Virus record (IMG/VR): IMGVR_UViG_3300037067_015585
Span: 160,001-224,000 of that record
Strand: one strand, 5' to 3'
Source: a virus
Taxonomy: Duplodnaviria > Caudoviricetes
DNA length: 64,000 nucleotides
This document shows positions 18,950 through 29,562 of this stretch, piece by piece. The notes beneath the pieces were generated by a model, which saw only the letters and a program-made list of their open reading frames with translations, made no database searches and was not told the DNA's origin. Position 1 is the first letter of the stretch; every line of letters begins with the position of its first letter. Position numbers and translations under genes: made by a program.

Positions 18950-19536
18950 GCATTTATCTGCCAATTCTCCCACACAAATTCGTAATCATACGTCAAGTGG
19001 TGTGTTTGCTGTAGAGAGGTTCTAATATTTTCACGCCTCTCTGCAGCATGATCCACAAACTGGTGAAACTGAATTTGTATGTCATCGATCATGCTTACGA
19101 TCGATGAGTTCAGCATATGATCCAATAAATCATATTCGGCACCTTCAATATTAATCTTCATAAGACGTATGTGGGATAATGAGTTGTCCCTAATCATATC
19201 GTCAATAGACACAATATTGACTTGCTCGACAGATTCAGAATGTTTTATTATACTAGATGCGCAGCCGTTCACAGATATATTACATGCTTCGTTAAACGGT
19301 CCAATTCCGACGTTAAAAACTAGTGCACCAGTATGAACTAATGCTTGTTTTGCGATTTTATAATATGCTTCTATTGGTTCAAATGCTAGTATTCTACAAT
19401 GGTATCGATCATATATACTACGACTCCAAGACCCATAGTAGGCACCGCAATCGACAACAATATCTTGTTTATCGATTTGATAATCTAATCTTAATGTCTC
19501 ATCACCATGATCGGCAAACCAACGATCAAATTCCAT
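18946..19536 (-). CDS. FkbM family methyltransferase
   Basis: VVDCGAYYG, AFEP, MKINIEGAEY, QIQFH. Confidence 0.88.
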   Translation of the reverse strand: MEFDRWFADHGDETLRLDYQIDKQDIVVDCGAYYGSWSRSIYDRYHCRILAFEPIEAYYKIAKQALVHTGALVFNVGIGPFNEACNISVNGCASSIIKHSESVEQVNIVSIDDMIRDNSLSHIRLMKINIEGAEYDLLDHMLNSSIVSMIDDIQIQFHQFVDHAAERRENIRTSLQQTHHLTYDYEFVWENWQINA

Positions 19537-19538
19537 CT

Positions 19539-20273
19539 TCAATCTTTCAAGTGTAAATCTGTAATATTTGTTCCGCAATTGGTTTTGTCTACTAATCTTG
19601 GCCAGTTGCCTTCAACAAAATCAACATCTTGCATTCCAAGTCGATTTTCTACTACCGGACTGAAAGCTTTGCCGTCGCCTAATACATTAGCCCACCAGCT
19701 AAATGACGAGTTGGCACGTAAAATATTGTTAGCGTTCACTAACAACATAAAATCTTCTAAGAACGGTACACCAAGATCAAGCAGATCTTGCGATTGTTTA
19801 CGAGATCCCTCTTTAATCCAATGAATATTATTCGGATCTAAACCAAATTTCCCGCATGCAACAACATATGAGGCTTCACTGACTAAACAATATATATTAC
19901 TAAAATTGGCATAATCTCCACGTCGCAGATGTGCTGCGATATGAAAGTTGGTATTAAACCTTGCCCTCCACTTATTCTTAAAACAAAACCACGTTTTCAG
20001 CTTAGCCCTAGATAAAAAATTAATAGCGTCTTGGAATTGGAAATATCCGTTTAAAATGATGTTAACTCTGCCGTTCGGAATCTCATCAAAACCAGATCGT
20101 GGTAAATCATGATTCAATGGCTGGTCGGATATTGAAAATATTTTTTGTCCAATCCAATCTGGAGTTAATAATGTGGCGTTGTGTGATTCCGCATAAGCAC
20201 GTGCAAATGCATATTGAAAGAGTTGATTTCCAAAGCCACCAGAAAATGTTACGCCTATTGTTGGACGACTCAT
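19539..20273 (-). CDS. alpha-1,2-fucosyltransferase (GT11)
   Basis: GGFGNQLFQYA, GYFQ, HLRRGDY, ANSSFSWW. Confidence 0.9.
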   Translation of the reverse strand: MSRPTIGVTFSGGFGNQLFQYAFARAYAESHNATLLTPDWIGQKIFSISDQPLNHDLPRSGFDEIPNGRVNIILNGYFQFQDAINFLSRAKLKTWFCFKNKWRARFNTNFHIAAHLRRGDYANFSNIYCLVSEASYVVACGKFGLDPNNIHWIKEGSRKQSQDLLDLGVPFLEDFMLLVNANNILRANSSFSWWANVLGDGKAFSPVVENRLGMQDVDFVEGNWPRLVDKTNCGTNITDLHLKD

Positions 20274-20899
20274 TATCTACCTAGTACTCTATCAATATTC
20301 GGCCTCAAATCGAAACTACATTTACACCCAAGTATATCAGACATACCACTCGATTGCCGAAAAAGCATAGGATAAATACCATACGCTTTAATGTTTGATA
20401 GCTGCCTGGCATATACGACATCTATCGGTATACCAGAGCCGATAGATGCTTTTACACTTTGTATTAAACTTTCAAGATATTTTCCATTAACGGCGTATGC
20501 ATGTGTAGTCAATGCATCGTTTAGCTGCAATATGTTCGGAGTAATAAAGATTGGTGCTATACAAGAGAGCGGATCGAGATTATATCCAAGATATAGCATA
20601 TCCCAGTCATCTTTTAATTGCCCGTTACCGACAGCGCTTTGCCATATTGATTGCCAATCATGATAAAGCTCTGCATCATCTTCCATAATAAGGATGTTTC
20701 TGACATTAGATTCAAGTGCTTTTTGTAACATGGCTAGATGTGACTCATAACATCCAACCCATCCTGGAGTTTTTTCTATAGCTGGAAATCTAACAGCTTT
20801 CGTTATACACACTTGTTGTAACTGAGTCTGTATACTAGTCCATCTATCGCGGCGTCTATCCAAATTTAGTATATATATGTGGTCGAAAAAACTTTGCAT
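20273..20899 (-). CDS. glycosyltransferase family 25
   Basis: YILNLDRR.DRW, GCYESH, LIMEDDA, WDMLYLG, TTHAY. Confidence 0.88.
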   Translation of the reverse strand: MQSFFDHIYILNLDRRRDRWTSIQTQLQQVCITKAVRFPAIEKTPGWVGCYESHLAMLQKALESNVRNILIMEDDAELYHDWQSIWQSAVGNGQLKDDWDMLYLGYNLDPLSCIAPIFITPNILQLNDALTTHAYAVNGKYLESLIQSVKASIGSGIPIDVVYARQLSNIKAYGIYPMLFRQSSGMSDILGCKCSFDLRPNIDRVLGR

Positions 20900-20922
20900 G
20901 TTGTTAATAGATTTTTTAAACC

Positions 20923-21531
20923 ATGATTGACAAACTGTCTGCCAGGACGAAATTTCCATTAATAGTTACCGCCTATACTACAACAAGCCATCTGGGTGAT
21001 TATTACAAAAGATGTGTCACAAGATTGGTGCATAGCTGTATTAAATTCGATTTGTCCCATCTAGTTTTACCGCTAGAAAAACAAGACGGTTGGGATGCTG
21101 GATGTGCTACAAAAATAATAGTTATTCAGCAATTATTGCAACAACTACACAGGCCATTATTGTGGTTGGATGCAGATGCTGAAATCTTCCAATACCCAAG
21201 CATATTTGAAACAATTGATTGTGAAATGGCATTAGCATCAGTGACGGGGCATTGGTTAACCGGCACGTTATATTTTACACCTAGTGCTTTACCATTTATA
21301 GAGCTTTGGAAGCAACGTACTGGGCCGGTCGTTGACGAAGTAGCATTATCGCAGCTCTATCATGCTTCATTACATAATAGACCACGCCTAACAATGTTGC
21401 CTGATTCATATAATACTGCAATTTATGCGTCGAGCAACATGGCTAATGTTGTAATAGGTCACCATATGCGTCCAGACATAGCGCCGACAAGAGGTGTAGT
21501 GGCTAATCCGATTCCAGAATGCAATTTTTAA
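20923..21531 (+). CDS. GT-A fold glycosyltransferase (DxD)
   Basis: PLLWLDADA, GTLYF, DEVAL, LPDSYN. Confidence 0.7.
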   Translation: MIDKLSARTKFPLIVTAYTTTSHLGDYYKRCVTRLVHSCIKFDLSHLVLPLEKQDGWDAGCATKIIVIQQLLQQLHRPLLWLDADAEIFQYPSIFETIDCEMALASVTGHWLTGTLYFTPSALPFIELWKQRTGPVVDEVALSQLYHASLHNRPRLTMLPDSYNTAIYASSNMANVVIGHHMRPDIAPTRGVVANPIPECNF

Positions 21532-21791
21532 TTACTAACTTGCTTCCAATAAGCAACTACTACTGGTTTATTTGAAACAATCATCTTACGCTTCAGTATA
21601 TTACTAGAGGTGTTATAGTAATACCAATTACGATATGTGGACGCATCAGGCTCAAACGGAGTCATTTCTACAACGTGTCCACCATACATTTCTATACCAA
21701 AGCGATTTGCGTTTCCGGACACAGTTATAGCCCCACGACGGATCATAAGATCTTCAAGGAACGCATTTGTGTTTTGTAGGTTACCTAACAT
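21528..21791 (-). CDS. hypothetical protein
   Basis: ORF preceded by a CAAACATA motif. Confidence 0.55.
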   Translation of the reverse strand: MLGNLQNTNAFLEDLMIRRGAITVSGNANRFGIEMYGGHVVEMTPFEPDASTYRNWYYYNTSSNILKRKMIVSNKPVVVAYWKQVSN

Positions 21792-21860
21792 TATTTTATT
21801 ATTGCTATTATATGTTTGTAAAAGATACTATGTAACTTCGCTTGGATTGGGAGATATATT

Positions 21861-22574
21861 TTGAATACGAAAGTTATTGCGTCGTTGACTGCGGACAATA
21901 TGGATGTTTCCATAGAACAGCTGCTACAGCAATTTATATCAAACAACGAAAATATTTACTATGAATCGTTTGACAAATTCTGCAGAGAGAATGGCGTTAT
22001 CATCGAATATAACGAATTCATAGATTTACTTAGCATTAATCAAACGCACGTGTTCAACGAATACTCTGATAAAACCGGCCACTATTGGGTGCCATCGATA
22101 TTTGAAGGATATGTATCTAATTCGTTGCCAGGAGATTGGGATGATTTTGGAGACGACCAGATTGAGGGAATAACAAATCCATCACTTGGCGATGGCGATC
22201 AACAACAACCCATAGACTTCGCACCATTATCAAATAATCAGATATTAGATGAACCTGAATCAGATGCTGAAGAAATTCCAGATGTGGGAATAGAAGAGCC
22301 AGATTTGCCAGATTTTGATATGAGAGAACGACATAGACCAAGTAGAAGTGTTAAAGAATTAGAAGGCAAAGAACCAGATACCGGGTTAATAACCGAAGGC
22401 GTAATACACACCAATCAATTGGCAATAATTCTAAATTCATGTCATTCACGGATGACGATTGCCACAGAAATCAGCCGTAAGATGGAGCCACATGAAGCAC
22501 GTGAGTTCCTGAGAACTGTATTCGGAGATAGTGTAGATTACAGAATAGCATTAACATCATTACAAGATAAATAG
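21861..22574 (+). CDS. hypothetical acidic protein
   Basis: 237-aa ORF with a D/E/P-rich linker. Confidence 0.6.
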   Translation: MNTKVIASLTADNMDVSIEQLLQQFISNNENIYYESFDKFCRENGVIIEYNEFIDLLSINQTHVFNEYSDKTGHYWVPSIFEGYVSNSLPGDWDDFGDDQIEGITNPSLGDGDQQQPIDFAPLSNNQILDEPESDAEEIPDVGIEEPDLPDFDMRERHRPSRSVKELEGKEPDTGLITEGVIHTNQLAIILNSCHSRMTIATEISRKMEPHEAREFLRTVFGDSVDYRIALTSLQDK

Positions 22575-22788
22575 CACCAAGTTGACAACCATGGATCAAT
22601 ATGGTCAGGCCAACGATTCGTTACTTTCTAAGTTATATGGAATAGTTAATTCGTGGCAAAATGGAGTAATAGATCGATCAACTTTCGAACAAGAAATACA
22701 CAAAATGTCATCCGAACCAACGCTTAAAAATAGTGATATAGATATTTGGGCGATGGTACAAAAAATTCTAGCAATCAGAGCTCTAAGA

Positions 22789-23559
22789 TCACTTCCCAAT
22801 TAATTTTAGTGCCTCTTGATGCCTGCGATCATCCGACGTTTTTAACATATCGAGCATCATATCTTGTCTCGCAGACAATTTCGAACTATTCTCAACCGTT
22901 TTCGACACGAATTCTAATCGCCATGTGCGAAACTCTTTTAAAATTTCGGCGATTTTTTCATTGTAGTCGCTCGTATTTTTATCTAGCATAGCTACCTTAG
23001 CATCAGTAGTTTGCTGCATTAACGTCATTTCCCGCTGCAGACTCTTTTCAATTGTAGTTAAATGGGTACTTGTCTCTGCTGCAAAAGCGTCCGATTTGCC
23101 CTTTTCGTATTGGCTTTGAAACATGCGCTCCGTGATGACCGCAGTATCTCTTTTCAAATTTGCCACATTCTCTGATTGTCCAGACATTATCAATGCAACA
23201 ACGGCACCTGCCATACCTAGTAATGTTATTGCAAGAGCAGCAAAGGCGCTAATCGTCTGCCATTGTGGTTTTGCCGATTGAGTTAATCTATCGGTAACTA
23301 AGTTTAATTGGTTAGTAGAATCATCTCGCATTCTTGCGAGAGCATTACCTATTGTTTCCCTAAAATCGCCCAATTCCTTATTCATCATGCCGATATTCTG
23401 TGATACTTCCTGAATATCGTGCGTCAATGATTCTACTACACCTTCCAGCCGCCCGACACGTGTGTCTATCATACGATCACGTTCGTTAGTCTTTTCAGAC
23501 TTCTCTGGGAAAACGATATCTCTGAAAGGACAATCGTCGTGTTTATTGATTGGCGGCAT
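22789..23559 (-). CDS. coiled-coil single-TM membrane protein
   Basis: Hydrophobic AFAALAITLLGMAGAVVALIM between coiled coils. Confidence 0.6.
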   Translation of the reverse strand: MPPINKHDDCPFRDIVFPEKSEKTNERDRMIDTRVGRLEGVVESLTHDIQEVSQNIGMMNKELGDFRETIGNALARMRDDSTNQLNLVTDRLTQSAKPQWQTISAFAALAITLLGMAGAVVALIMSGQSENVANLKRDTAVITERMFQSQYEKGKSDAFAAETSTHLTTIEKSLQREMTLMQQTTDAKVAMLDKNTSDYNEKIAEILKEFRTWRLEFVSKTVENSSKLSARQDMMLDMLKTSDDRRHQEALKLIGK

Positions 23560-23657
23560 TGCTTAACCCCATATTGCGTGTCTATGACGGACCACAATAT
23601 AATTTTAATTGGAAATGTGGGATTAAGAAACATCTGCCACCCGATAAATAGCAGACA

Positions 23658-23963
23658 CTATGCTACAATATTGATTGCCGCAAGAAGTAATTCTGGCCCG
23701 TCTGCGTACCAGTTGTGCTCGGCAATTAAGAGTGCTAAATCTTCAATATCTTGTGACGAAGCAATAACGAACCCCGTCTTCGATCTCAATATTATCGTCG
23801 TTTTCTCTTTGAATGCGCCTAGTGTACCAGAAAGTTGATTGGGAGTATAGATTTCAACCTCTGTTCCTTGCGGCACACGAGCGATATTGCGCTCAATGAC
23901 GTAGAATGATGTCTCAGGACGGACTAACTGTCTGTTGGTCGGTTTGGTGTCGTACTGTATCAT
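23658..23963 (-). CDS. hypothetical protein
   Basis: ORF. Confidence 0.5.
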   Translation of the reverse strand: MIQYDTKPTNRQLVRPETSFYVIERNIARVPQGTEVEIYTPNQLSGTLGAFKEKTTIILRSKTGFVIASSQDIEDLALLIAEHNWYADGPELLLAAINIVA

Positions 23964-24392
23964 TTATCGCTTCTTTCTTGACGTGCTCAACCATATAGGC
24001 ACAAGGTGCATCACCATCTAGGGGGGTGAATTTAATCCCGATCTTCCTCTTCTTTCGCCGAGATTCGATCTTGGACAATGCCTTTTGTCTTTTTGCACAT
24101 CTATCGAGATATTCCTGCTTCTCTGGCGTGATCGGTTTGATTGTTTTCTGCAATTTGCTCATTATTATTCCTGATGGTAAGAAGTATCGGTAAACATTTA
24201 ATACTATCAGGAATTCCTGACTATCATAGCACCAATTGGTATACCAGTTAATTATGTATTTTATTGATGCTAACATACCAAATGAGGTCGTAGACGCTTT
24301 CCTTGGTATTTTCCTTGTCATCTCGGCAGAATTTAGGGTGACAAAAGGTGTGCTAAGAGAACAAACAAAGAAATATAAAGGGACGCAAGAAA

Positions 24393-24674
24393 ATGCAATC
24401 TTTCGATAACAAGGAATTTATGCAATGGGCGAAAGACAAGAAATTATCTTTCATATCTCAAGTAAGCTGGCCCAATGCTATTAGTCTACTCCCCGCTGAC
24501 GAAGTGGCTACTAAGGTTGCTACATCAGCAGAGGCGACATCAAATACGATGTCGAACGCCAACCTTTATATCAATCCGAAGAAGGAATTATTTCTGACTA
24601 TAAATATCACGTCAGATGGTAACGCATCAAATTCACTAATTCTTGTATTTAAGCAGTTAACCGTCCTGAAATAA
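24393..24674 (+). CDS. hypothetical protein
   Basis: ORF. Confidence 0.5.
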   Translation: MQSFDNKEFMQWAKDKKLSFISQVSWPNAISLLPADEVATKVATSAEATSNTMSNANLYINPKKELFLTINITSDGNASNSLILVFKQLTVLK

Positions 24675-25242
24675 CAACTACAAAGGAATGTGCTATGTCT
24701 GATTCAGAACAAATTGAGAAGTGCCATACATTATTAGATAATATTAATATTCCCCAAGATACCGATGGTGAAACAAGAGCAGAGGAATTATTCAACCGGC
24801 TTTCGACATATATTGGAATAGAACACATGATCAACGATTTAGTAACACATACGCATTAATGATCGATCATTTGCCATCACAAAAGGCCGAAGTCTGCAGC
24901 CGCTGGTTGAGTTCAGATAAAGCCAATTTTATGAGTGTATTAGAGTTAGGGCGATTTTTAATTGCTCTAGATGACGTAGAGACACAAGAGCAATTAAAAG
25001 ATTTAGAAACCAGATGGTTAAAATCGAACGATCTAAAGTCGGCAAATATGACTGGGAGATAGATGTATTTCAACAGCACTGCATCGCACCATTCTTATCT
25101 TTCTGTGCTATAGCAGAGCGTTCAGAACCTGGTAAGAGATGGGTAATTAACGCTGAAGGAAGAACATCAGAAGAAGCCTTAAACAATTTACGTGTTCGTA
25201 TTAAGGGATCGAGGTTCAATCAATAATTATTGGAGGTGTATC

Positions 25243-25437
25243 ATGCCTGTGCGAGATATCGAGAACGAACTTGTTGATGAAGATTTAGACGAAGACGAAT
25301 TCGACGACGAAGATGACGATGAATTCGACGACGACGATTGGGACGACGACGAAGACGAAGACGAATTCGACGATGATTGGGACGACGACGACGAGTTCGA
25401 CGACGACGACGAACTCGACGATGAAGATTTAGATTGA
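25243..25437 (+). CDS. small extremely acidic (D/E-rich) protein
   Basis: GGAGG RBS; MPVRDIENELVDEDLDEDEFDD... with spaced F/W residues. Confidence 0.7.
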   Translation: MPVRDIENELVDEDLDEDEFDDEDDDEFDDDDWDDDEDEDEFDDDWDDDDEFDDDDELDDEDLD

Positions 25438-25464
25438 CGCCATGGTCAAAAATAGCTTTCAATC

Positions 25465-25629
25465 ATGAAAAAGCTATGGCGTATTTGGGCTAAGGCATTA
25501 GGCGAAAAAGCTGGCAAATCAGACTTTGAATCTGATGTTATTGCGACCGTACGATCGGTAATAGTAATAACTTACCTAATTACCAACCTAATTATAATGG
25601 CTGGTATTTTTCGTCACTGGAACGATTAA
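25465..25629 (+). CDS. small membrane protein of T4-like phage type (not in the ORF track)
   Basis: MKKLWRIWAKALGEKAG..SDVIA.VR...IIMAGIFRHW, a motif I recognise from T4-like marine phages. Confidence 0.6.
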   Translation: MKKLWRIWAKALGEKAGKSDFESDVIATVRSVIVITYLITNLIIMAGIFRHWND

Positions 25630-26366
25630 CGTCTGCTAGAGAGGTATTCAGAAATTTCTCTAGCCAATCGTTTCTGATATGTCTCAGCTGTGAACACGCC
25701 CTTTGGAATATTCTTCATTGTACGGTTCAATGGCTTCAGCCTGCCTTCACAAATGTGAAGAATTGCGCCGGTCACACTTGGCTCAGCGACTGCATCCCAT
25801 GTAACAAATCGATAACCTTCTGTTACATAATATGTCTCTTGACCGCCTTGGTCTCGAACATCCATATCACCAATACCACGTGAAGAAATACCGATAGTTC
25901 CGCGTTTGATTAGAGTCTTCAATTGATGGCCGAATGGAAGCTCATCAATGATTTCTGCTTCACCATAAACATTCTTGCCTTCCATCCATATCTTGGTTAG
26001 AAGGTGCGAGATTCTATCAAGGTGAATTTTGGCGTCTGCTGGGTGATCAAATTCACCCCAAACAGATCGACCAGCTAAATCCTCCTGGATAGCCTCAACT
26101 GCCTCTCTGACAACTGGCCGTGGGTAGATTCGGCCATTCGCATTCATATCATCGGCGACTTGGAAAATACCAGTGATTCGTGTTATTGGGGCTCCACCAA
26201 GAGCACCTTCACCAATGACCTGTTTAGTGTCAAGAATCTTAAGTGGCCAAACATCCTGTAGTAATTGCTGACCCTCTGGCATAAAACCAGTTTGTGCAAC
26301 AAGACCACGGTTAAAGCTCGTTCTCGGATTATATCGGCCAATTCTGTTTGCTCTTGTCACTAACAT
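25626..26366 (-). CDS. prohead core protease (T4 gp21-like)
   Basis: GIFQVAD..NANGRIYP, GEFDHP, GISSRGIG, TWDAVAEPS. Confidence 0.93.
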   Translation of the reverse strand: MLVTRANRIGRYNPRTSFNRGLVAQTGFMPEGQQLLQDVWPLKILDTKQVIGEGALGGAPITRITGIFQVADDMNANGRIYPRPVVREAVEAIQEDLAGRSVWGEFDHPADAKIHLDRISHLLTKIWMEGKNVYGEAEIIDELPFGHQLKTLIKRGTIGISSRGIGDMDVRDQGGQETYYVTEGYRFVTWDAVAEPSVTGAILHICEGRLKPLNRTMKNIPKGVFTAETYQKRLAREISEYLSSRR

Positions 26367-26422
26367 AGCATACTCCAGTTCTAGTACTAATACTACTATA
26401 TATCTTTGATGACAGACATAAG

Positions 26423-26458
26423 CAAACGGGTAGTTCTATTGCTAGAACTACCCGTTTG
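26423..26458 (-). terminator. perfect 16-bp hairpin with GCAA loop on the minus strand
   Basis: caaacgggtagttcta-ttgc-tagaactacccgtttg downstream of the SPFH gene. Confidence 0.7.
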
Positions 26459-26479
26459 TGAGTATGCTAAACAGTAACA

Positions 26480-27757
26480 TTATTGCGGTGCCGGTGTTGG
26501 CTGACCCTTAATCTTCATTTTTGGATTCATATCGAGCGATAAATCCTTAGCAGCCTTAATTGTCAACAGACTAATGAGATCTGTCGCACCGCTACCAGAA
26601 GCCTGTTGAGCGTTGCCGCCCATAATGATCGATGGGACCCAAGCACCCTCATGCTTGGCGATAGCATCAGCATAGAATTTATTGACTTCAATATATGCCT
26701 CAATTTTCTTCTCTAAGGCACCATCGGCCTCCATTACGAGCTTACGGCGAGCGGCTTCACCTTCTCCCTTAAGAGTTTCAGCGAGCTTGAATTGCTCTGC
26801 AGCTTTCGTATCAAGTGTTGCAACAGCTAGTCTTTGCTGAGCAAGAGTTTCCGCAACTTTCTTGTCCTGTTCAGCCTTCGTTACTTCTTTAGCCATAATG
26901 GTCTTTTGTTCCCATTCGGCGCGTGCCGCATTGGCCTCACCTTGTTTTTTGGAAGTCAACGCATCTTGCTCAGCCTTTTTAGCGTCAGCCATTGCAATTT
27001 GCACTTGCATAGTTAGCTGCTGCTGCTGGTTGATTTGATCTTCAACTTGTTTGTCGTATACGACGTCATTTATGCTCAAGTTAAAGACTTTAATACCGAA
27101 TTCCTTTAGCGGGCTTTCTTCTGCTCTCTTTGGTGCGCCAGTTTTGTCGAGAACAAGCTCAACCCTTGCAATCGTCTTTTCTTGGCCGGTTAAAGAATCG
27201 ACAGTTTTATCCTGAACTGTACGTGTGAGATATACGCCATTCTGGATTTGATCCTCAATCAGATTTAGCAGTTCATTGCGTCGTTCAGCATACGATTCCT
27301 TAGAACTCATTGTTGGACCGGTCATATAGATCGACTTCTGTACGATCGTTTTCACCAGCTGTTGTTCAACAGCCAAAGTGCTTCCAAATTTCTGGTGTAT
27401 CGCGGTTAAATGCTCATTATCTAATGGCATTTCCCAACTAATACCGCCAGAAATTGTGGCGTGTCCGCCATCGTTGAATCTGATTTTTATTGATTCGTCG
27501 GCACTCGTCCCCTGGTCCTTTTTCGAAGAGAACCAAAATTGTGATCGGCGTTCGTACTTTGTGACCTTACCGAACATCTGTACCTTAACACCAGATGTCA
27601 CATACCAATCATAATTGCCACTAACAGGAGCCTGGATCACCATAATTTGACTGGCATCCAAATTTTCGAACAGGCTGTTCAGAGACAGCAGCAGGCTTAT
27701 TAGTACAATGCCCGCTAACACAAGCGCGATGATTCTTTTGTTAGTCATCTTTTTCAC
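26480..27757 (-). CDS. SPFH/band 7 membrane protein
   Basis: N-terminal TM segment, IRFNDGG, long Ala/Glu/Gln coiled coil, VPSIIMG. Confidence 0.82.
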   Translation of the reverse strand: MKKMTNKRIIALVLAGIVLISLLLSLNSLFENLDASQIMVIQAPVSGNYDWYVTSGVKVQMFGKVTKYERRSQFWFSSKKDQGTSADESIKIRFNDGGHATISGGISWEMPLDNEHLTAIHQKFGSTLAVEQQLVKTIVQKSIYMTGPTMSSKESYAERRNELLNLIEDQIQNGVYLTRTVQDKTVDSLTGQEKTIARVELVLDKTGAPKRAEESPLKEFGIKVFNLSINDVVYDKQVEDQINQQQQLTMQVQIAMADAKKAEQDALTSKKQGEANAARAEWEQKTIMAKEVTKAEQDKKVAETLAQQRLAVATLDTKAAEQFKLAETLKGEGEAARRKLVMEADGALEKKIEAYIEVNKFYADAIAKHEGAWVPSIIMGGNAQQASGSGATDLISLLTIKAAKDLSLDMNPKMKIKGQPTPAPQ

Positions 27758-27989
27758 TTTCTTCTTTTAGGGTTTTAGCTGTTTTCTTTAAACTCTTCAA
27801 TTTACGTTTAGCGGTATTAATAACCACTTCTTCACGAACTTCTGATAATTCCTCTTCCACTCTAACCAGTTTCTTACGAAATATTGGGAATATTCTATCT
27901 CCTTTCCATAGTGGCATGAATATTTGTGTTGCAAATACTAATATGATTATGGCTGCAATAAGCCATTGCATTACCTCAAGGAAGACCAT
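27741..27989 (-). CDS. small membrane protein
   Basis: TM segment plus basic tail, coupled to the SPFH gene. Confidence 0.55.
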   Translation of the reverse strand: MVFLEVMQWLIAAIIILVFATQIFMPLWKGDRIFPIFRKKLVRVEEELSEVREEVVINTAKRKLKSLKKTAKTLKEESEKDD

Positions 27990-28445
27990 AGTAATTCTCC
28001 ATCATCAGATTGTGTTGTATGGACATTATTAGCGTCTGAAACTGGGATACTCACGTCTGCATCCCAACCACCCCAGCTATTGCAATACGATTCAGATGTT
28101 CCCTTAATTTCGTGCAATTTATTGGCGATTAGTGATTTATCTGTAGCGTGCCCCCACCAATAGAACCCATGTAATTCGCAGGTCATAGCTTCGTTTAAAT
28201 TATTCAGTTCAACTAACATCACCTATAAAATACAGCAATGCCGATATGGTATTTAACACAATATTATGAGTAATAAATGGACACCAGAATTTGAAGAAAT
28301 GTGGCGGTGCAGACTTAGAGAGATGAATGACGACAAACAGCCGTTTCGGAAATTTATCGAAGCATTAGTGGAGTCTGAAATATTAGACGCATTCAAATTA
28401 GCTCTTGACGAAATAGAGCGTCTACGTAGAGTGTCGCCAACTTGA

Positions 28446-28706
28446 TCACTTGGCAGTCGGCCCTGTAGCTCCAGTTGCGCCAGTAGTAGTTGTTTTCTGA
28501 AATCTTGTTATTAAATCCTGAACCAATACTGTTCCGACTGAGAAGACAGAGAAAAACCATACGGCACTAAGGCCAAACGCCTTCAATATATTCCTAATTG
28601 GTTGATTAGGATTAGCTACCTTAGTCGTCGTATAAAATGGCGCAGCTGATGCTACCCAGCCACCGAAGTACGCGGCAATTAATAATCTTAGCATAATATC
28701 CCTCAC
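28446..28706 (-). CDS. small 2-TM membrane protein
   Basis: Two hydrophobic segments. Confidence 0.5.
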   Translation of the reverse strand: MRDIMLRLLIAAYFGGWVASAAPFYTTTKVANPNQPIRNILKAFGLSAVWFFSVFSVGTVLVQDLITRFQKTTTTGATGATGPTAK

Positions 28707-28743
28707 TTTCTACTTTATATTTCACCGGCAACGTACGTAGATT

Positions 28744-29562
28744 ATGCTTGAATTTCCACCAGTAATACGAATCGAAACAACTAATGCGTGCAATGCAAAA
28801 TGCATTATATGTCCGCATAGTAATATGCAGCGACAGGTACGTATTATGCCTGATATACTACTTGAGAAAATAGTAGAGGAATGTGCAATAAACAGACCAA
28901 GAGAGATACATTTGCACAACTTTGGTGAACCGTTATTGGATGCTGATTTGGAAGACAGAATTAGATTTATAAAGAAAAAGTGTAGAGTTTATGTTAAAAT
29001 CTTCACAAATGGCTCCCTGCTAACTACCGACAGAATAGAAAAACTATTAGCTAGTGGTATAAACGAAATCAAAATAAGTGTCGATGGATCGACACCAAAA
29101 GAATACGAGAGAATTAGACCTCCACTAAAATGGGATGAGATCTTAAACAATATTAAAAATCTCATAAAAGCACGTGACACATTAAAGTCAAGAACTAAAA
29201 TTTATGTTACATGTTGCACAGACAAAAGCGCATCGTTGTTATTAAGCGATCTTCCAATACAATCAATACAATATGCAATGGGGCCAAAGCATAATTGGGG
29301 CGGGCAACATGGCAATAAAGTGAAGGGTAAGTTCATAAAATGTAATCGATTATGGCGAACTTTCACAATTTTAGTCGATGGCATGGTAGTTCAATGCCAT
29401 GCTGATGTTCATGGGAAATATAACCTTGGCAATATTTATACACAAACCATTAAAGAGATTTGGAATAGCCCAGAATATAATACTATAAGAGCTATGCACG
29501 AGCAGTCAAAACAAGCTGATTTAAATTTATGTCGCGATTGTTCTCAATGCAGAAGATTATAG
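28744..29562 (+). CDS. radical SAM/SPASM protein
   Basis: CNAKCIIC, NFGEPLL, FTNGSLL, SPASM cysteines (C..C..CRDC). Confidence 0.9.
   Translation: MLEFPPVIRIETTNACNAKCIICPHSNMQRQVRIMPDILLEKIVEECAINRPREIHLHNFGEPLLDADLEDRIRFIKKKCRVYVKIFTNGSLLTTDRIEKLLASGINEIKISVDGSTPKEYERIRPPLKWDEILNNIKNLIKARDTLKSRTKIYVTCCTDKSASLLLSDLPIQSIQYAMGPKHNWGGQHGNKVKGKFIKCNRLWRTFTILVDGMVVQCHADVHGKYNLGNIYTQTIKEIWNSPEYNTIRAMHEQSKQADLNLCRDCSQCRRL

Noticed and set aside
25241-25462. Arg-rich minus-strand ORF
   Set aside because: It is the antisense shadow of the acidic peptide, which has the RBS.
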